From: Mayamaea pseudoterrestris | Taxonomy: Eukaryota | NCBI GenBank assembly: GCA_027923505.1 | Contig: BROI01000004.1 | Location: 434,001 to 498,000, forward strand | Reading direction: 5' to 3' | Length of the DNA: 64,000 bases | Part shown: one piece after another, positions 59,879 to 64,000 of the stretch | Numbering within the stretch: position 1 is the first letter of the stretch | Layout of the letters: the number at the start of each line of letters is the position of its first letter | Made by a program: the position numbers and the translations under genes | The notes under the pieces: model-generated | Databases searched by the model: none | Seen by the model: the letters and a program-made list of their open reading frames with translations, nothing else | What the model was told of the DNA's origin: nothing

Positions 59879-61261
59879 ATGCTTCCTTCCTTTGTCAAGA
59901 TTGACTTCTCTCGCCTCCGCGGCGAGCAACCGGTTGCCGTCAAGGATTCGCCTCCCAAGAGCCTCCTCTGCGTGGACGCTGAGACTCGCACGGTGACTTC
60001 GGCGGACGATACTGCGTCGCTTGTTTCAGCCATTTCCGATGCTGAACTAGTTCCAAGCTTTCGAGTCTACGACTGGGACAAGAAGCGTCGCTACTCGGAC
60101 TTTATCAAGGAAGGACTTGAGATGCAAAAGAAGGATGCTGAACATGCCGTCATGCTGTTTGAATCTCCGTCCTCGAGTGATCCGGAAGCTGTCTTTTACA
60201 ATTGCTCCGCCTTTCGATTCCACGATTATCCGATTGCCAAGTCAAGCAAGGCCAAACATTTGCTTGGTCCCTTGCGATACGGCCTCATGAATGGTACGGC
60301 GCTTCCCACCTACCTCAAGACTGGACAAGCGCCGACTGGACTATTGGAGCATTGGGAAAACATTGTTCCTGGGTTTGAAACGCCGCGATTTGTAGCGGAG
60401 ATTGCCGAAGATGCGCCTGTCTACGCGTACTTGCCGTGCGAAAGCATCAAGAAGCACGTGAACGACGGACACGTGCACTTTCACCTTGCTGGAAAGGACG
60501 CGATTCATCTCATGTGCAAGTCGTCCAAGACTACCAACCTTCTTCCAAACACCAAGGTTCATCGACCCTGCATTGCCAAGACGACGCATTCCATGGCGAG
60601 CAAGGGAATCTTCATTATTCGCAACGATGAGGACGAGCGCGGGTTCGAAGCCTATTTGGAAGAGTCGGGTCATCCTGCATTTGTCGTGACGACATTGGTT
60701 GACATTGATCGCAACGCGGCTTGTCACTTTTTCATTCATCCCACGGGCGAAGTGACCTGGTTTGGAAGCAATGAGAATCACCGGCGAGAGGACGGAAGCT
60801 GGTCGATGGACTCGTACTTGATCATGAAGGATCAAGACGTGCTCAAGGAGATTCAGCTTCCCTTTGTCAAGGACGTTGCCGAGTACTGCCTTTCGCTTGG
60901 CTTTTGGGGATTTTGCGGAATTGATGTTCTTTTTGATGCAATTGGACAGGGATACTTGGTGGATGTGAATCCTCGTGTCACTGGATCATGCCCGTCGCTC
61001 ATGGTGGCCCAGCTCTTTCAGGACAAGTACGGATTCGAATATGGCTTGTTTCGCCGCAATGGCGACAATTGCTACTATGGATCTGAAGCGCAACTTTTTG
61101 CGCAAGTGGCCGAGCACAATGCCACGCAGGCCACCAAGGTTGTCGTCTTCTCCTGCTGCGAGATTGACGACCAAAACACCAAGGTAAACATTGGTGTCTA
61201 TGGTGATGACATTGAGGAGTGCAAGAAGGTTGTCAATCAGTTTGCCAAGGCGAACCGATAG
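59879..61261 (+). CDS. ATP-grasp fold protein
   Basis: IAKTTHSMASKGIFII and GFCGIDVL...YLVDVNPRVTGS match ATP-grasp ATP/Mg-binding motifs; intronless. Confidence 0.75.
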   Translation: MLPSFVKIDFSRLRGEQPVAVKDSPPKSLLCVDAETRTVTSADDTASLVSAISDAELVPSFRVYDWDKKRRYSDFIKEGLEMQKKDAEHAVMLFESPSSSDPEAVFYNCSAFRFHDYPIAKSSKAKHLLGPLRYGLMNGTALPTYLKTGQAPTGLLEHWENIVPGFETPRFVAEIAEDAPVYAYLPCESIKKHVNDGHVHFHLAGKDAIHLMCKSSKTTNLLPNTKVHRPCIAKTTHSMASKGIFIIRNDEDERGFEAYLEESGHPAFVVTTLVDIDRNAACHFFIHPTGEVTWFGSNENHRREDGSWSMDSYLIMKDQDVLKEIQLPFVKDVAEYCLSLGFWGFCGIDVLFDAIGQGYLVDVNPRVTGSCPSLMVAQLFQDKYGFEYGLFRRNGDNCYYGSEAQLFAQVAEHNATQATKVVVFSCCEIDDQNTKVNIGVYGDDIEECKKVVNQFAKANR

Positions 61262-61387
61262 ATTGGTTGCTGTATCATTTTTGAAGGAATCGATTGAAAG
61301 TGTTTGTTATATAAATTAAGTAGTACATGGCCAAGTGCCTTTAATGTTGTCCAGTTATACACAATGGAACAGTGTTTTTGTCTAACA

Positions 61388-62567
61388 TTAATCAGGTTTG
61401 CAACTAAACAAGGCGTTGATGTTTGCGACGTCCCCTTTGTAATACTTTTCGTCAAGCTGCGCTACAGTTTCCCTCAGCCTCACCTTGTAGTCGTCGGCAA
61501 CATCCTTTGTCGAGTGCGCTCCAACGTACCGGTAGGTGGCATTTGTTGCAATAGCGGCGGCTAGCCGAAAGTTGTGAATTCCTGGATAAAGGTGCGCCAC
61601 GATCGTTAGCACAGAAGCCTCTCGAGTAATTGGAGAGGCCAACTCAACAAAGCATAGAAACATGGTCCGGTTGTCATCCCCTAATGACTGCACATATGCA
61701 TGCTGCGCCGCCATGTGCTTGAACCAATAATTGAAACTCATGTGCAGATACAAGTGAAGGCCGTGCTCGTCCGATTCGTCGACAAGATATTGACAGAGCG
61801 ATCGCTTGCGGCGTATCGGAAACGGCATGACGGTGCGAATCGTTTCCCACCACTGCGTATCAATCGTTGAAACGTTCGATGGTTGTCCAAATGCATCCAA
61901 CCAGCACTCGTGCCCCTTCTTATGGTACAAGTAGCCACTGACAATCGTATCATAAAAATCTCGCACAATGACGACATCCCGGTAGTCGTGAATGGGCTTG
62001 CTGTTGCGAAACGTGTCGGTGGCAATGCGCAGGTTGGACCACACTTCCCATGGCAACGCCTCTCGTGCTAAATGATTGCCCATCTTATGTGCATGTCGGA
62101 GAGTCCGTGAGCAGCAGGTGCCACCCCAGCCATCCATAACAGTGGTTGTCAAGCAGTTACAAGTGTCCGACATGGGATGTAGGTTGGACTCATCGCATGC
62201 GCTTTCTGGTCTTTGCGAAAATTTGTCTCGATGATGCATAAAATCTACGTGGTCGGTTATCTGCTGTAAAAGGAAGACGAGATATCAGAATGAGTATCTT
62301 TCTGTATAGAGAATCATCTGATGCGAACATCACGCGACGCAAAGGTTTTCTGCTTCCCGTGCTGAAATGAACGACACAGGCAAGGCCTCGATACCTTAGA
62401 CGATTCCGTACAGCTGAAAGATGACTCACATTCACCTCCGGCACAGGGAATAAAGCGTGGTACCAGAAGACGAAAGCTGGCACGATCACGAACAAGGTCA
62501 AGGTGATCGATCCGCTACGACGGAACAATTGGCGACGGCGACAGCACCTCCTTCGACCAAAACTCAT
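61388..62567 (-). CDS. Type II membrane sulfotransferase-like protein, probable intron 62264-62411
   Basis: Basic N-terminus plus one TM; AHKMG (PSB-like) and IVRDFYDTIVSGYLYH (3'-PB-like). Confidence 0.55.
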
Positions 62568-62898
62568 CCATGTCTTGTCAACTGTGATAGGCATTAACAA
62601 ATTTGTATACTTGATTCATCATTAGTAATTATTATGATTTGCTAATGCCGGCAAGTTGGCGCAAAGCGAATGCTCAATCGAATGAGCGGTCTTGTAGCTC
62701 ATGGTGAGTTGCGAAAGGATGAACGGCGGCGTCGCAGTTGATAACGCTCCGACATCAGCTACCTATGCAAGTGGTCAACTCTTGACTACGAGTACGAGCC
62801 TTTTTCGTATGATACAAAGAAACTAGGATGACTTGATAATTTTTGGCTACCGGTAGTTCCTATCCGCTACTGCACATTGAACCCCTGCTGCAGGTATG

Positions 62899-64000
62899 TT
62901 ACACATCCTCGACCATCCACTTGTCAGGGTCGTCCACCTCCTTCTTCGCTTTTGTTTTCAATTCTGATGCAGTCGATACACTTCGAAGCATCAAGTCACG
63001 CTTTATATACGAATGATCGAGCTTCAGCTTATCACTGAGCATCAAGCCCTCGCCAATAAGTTCCATTGTCCTCTCCTTGCGCGACAGCGCCGCTTGCTGT
63101 TCCATCAAATTTACTGGCGGAAACTTGTTTTGCAACCAAAGAAATAGTTCTAAATGCGAGTAAATAGAACATAGTCGCGAGAGATCTTCAAAGGTTTTGG
63201 GAGGCTTTGGTCGCAGATTCTGCGGCAATCCAGGCACCTCTCGACTTGCCAATTTGGCAGCAAATTTCTTCAAGACGTCCATTGATTCCTTGGAACTCTC
63301 CACGATCGGCGACATGCAAAGGTTATACTTGTCGCGTATAGATAAATTGAATTTCTCCAATTGCTTCGCTACAATCATCATGGCAGTTTGGCGACACAAG
63401 AAGTATCCACTCTTCAACTTGGCCATGTCACTGAAATGGCCCATGATATTGTGCAGACTGCTCACGCGCTTACTCAACCCATAGGAGCTGACGGTTTGGT
63501 GAAACAACTCGACGTGACCGGCAGTAGGCACAAGTCCTGCACTTTGTATTGGACTCACTGGCGTCGACATGCATTTGCGCAAATGAGCCATGTCGTCGGG
63601 GCTTCGGCACGTTACCACGCCTTCGGGAAAAGGACTGTTGCGACGGCCGGCGCGTCCGCTAATCTGTTTCACTGCCGAGTGGTCCAACTGGGTGATACCA
63701 GAGCCATCTTGCTTGTACATGCTGTTGAATATGATCCTTCGAATGTTTAAGTTGAGGCCCATGCCTATTGCATCGCTTGCGACCAACACGTCGTAACCAG
63801 AATCAGGATCGTTGAAACGTCTCGCTTGTTCTGTTCGTGTCAGCGGCGGCAACGATCCGTAGACGACACAGCACTTGTGAGAAGTCTGGGTCTCAATTTC
63901 TCGCTTAATTGCAAACAAATCATTGCGGCTAAATGCCACGACGCAGTCGCCTGGTTGAACCGTCTTGTAGCTTCCGACTTCTTCCGACGAGCTTGCAAGA
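62899..64000 (-). CDS. SUV3: SUV3-like RNA helicase, C-terminal part (5' end outside window)
   Basis: GDCVVAFSR, VYGSLPP.TR..QA..FN, LVASDAIGMGLNLNIRRIIF, KQISGRAGR, LFLWL. Confidence 0.92.
   Translation of the reverse strand, partial: LASSSEEVGSYKTVQPGDCVVAFSRNDLFAIKREIETQTSHKCCVVYGSLPPLTRTEQARRFNDPDSGYDVLVASDAIGMGLNLNIRRIIFNSMYKQDGSGITQLDHSAVKQISGRAGRRNSPFPEGVVTCRSPDDMAHLRKCMSTPVSPIQSAGLVPTAGHVELFHQTVSSYGLSKRVSSLHNIMGHFSDMAKLKSGYFLCRQTAMMIVAKQLEKFNLSIRDKYNLCMSPIVESSKESMDVLKKFAAKLASREVPGLPQNLRPKPPKTFEDLSRLCSIYSHLELFLWLQNKFPPVNLMEQQAALSRKERTMELIGEGLMLSDKLKLDHSYIKRDLMLRSVSTASELKTKAKKEVDDPDKWMVEDV

Overview
Gene-dense eukaryotic DNA with short GT-AG introns, most likely from a diatom (inferred from a CoDi-type copia element, a DUF6824-like gene and an ASAFAP-like plastid signal). 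About 21 ordinary genes include a NOT3/5 C-terminus, PP2C, AMP deaminase, polo-like kinase, MCM3, RPN10, DIM1, EDR2-like, DDHD lipase, TMEM184, two glutathionyl-hydroquinone reductases, an ATP-grasp protein and SUV3. They flank a ~20.6 kb repeat island (6331-26952). The island holds a TIR element carrying one satellite monomer, a diverged inverted satellite layer, a truncated copia copy, and ~64 copies of a palindrome-rich 169-bp satellite with local higher-order repeats. A young intact Ty1/copia element interrupts the satellite. It has non-canonical TTG...CAA ends, a 4-bp TSD, a primer site resembling a tRNA-Asn anticodon arm, and a chromodomain-like module after integrase. The most interesting hypothesis is a satellite-based heterochromatic or centromeric domain with its own targeted retrotransposon. 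All calls come from reading motifs by eye; no searches were run.
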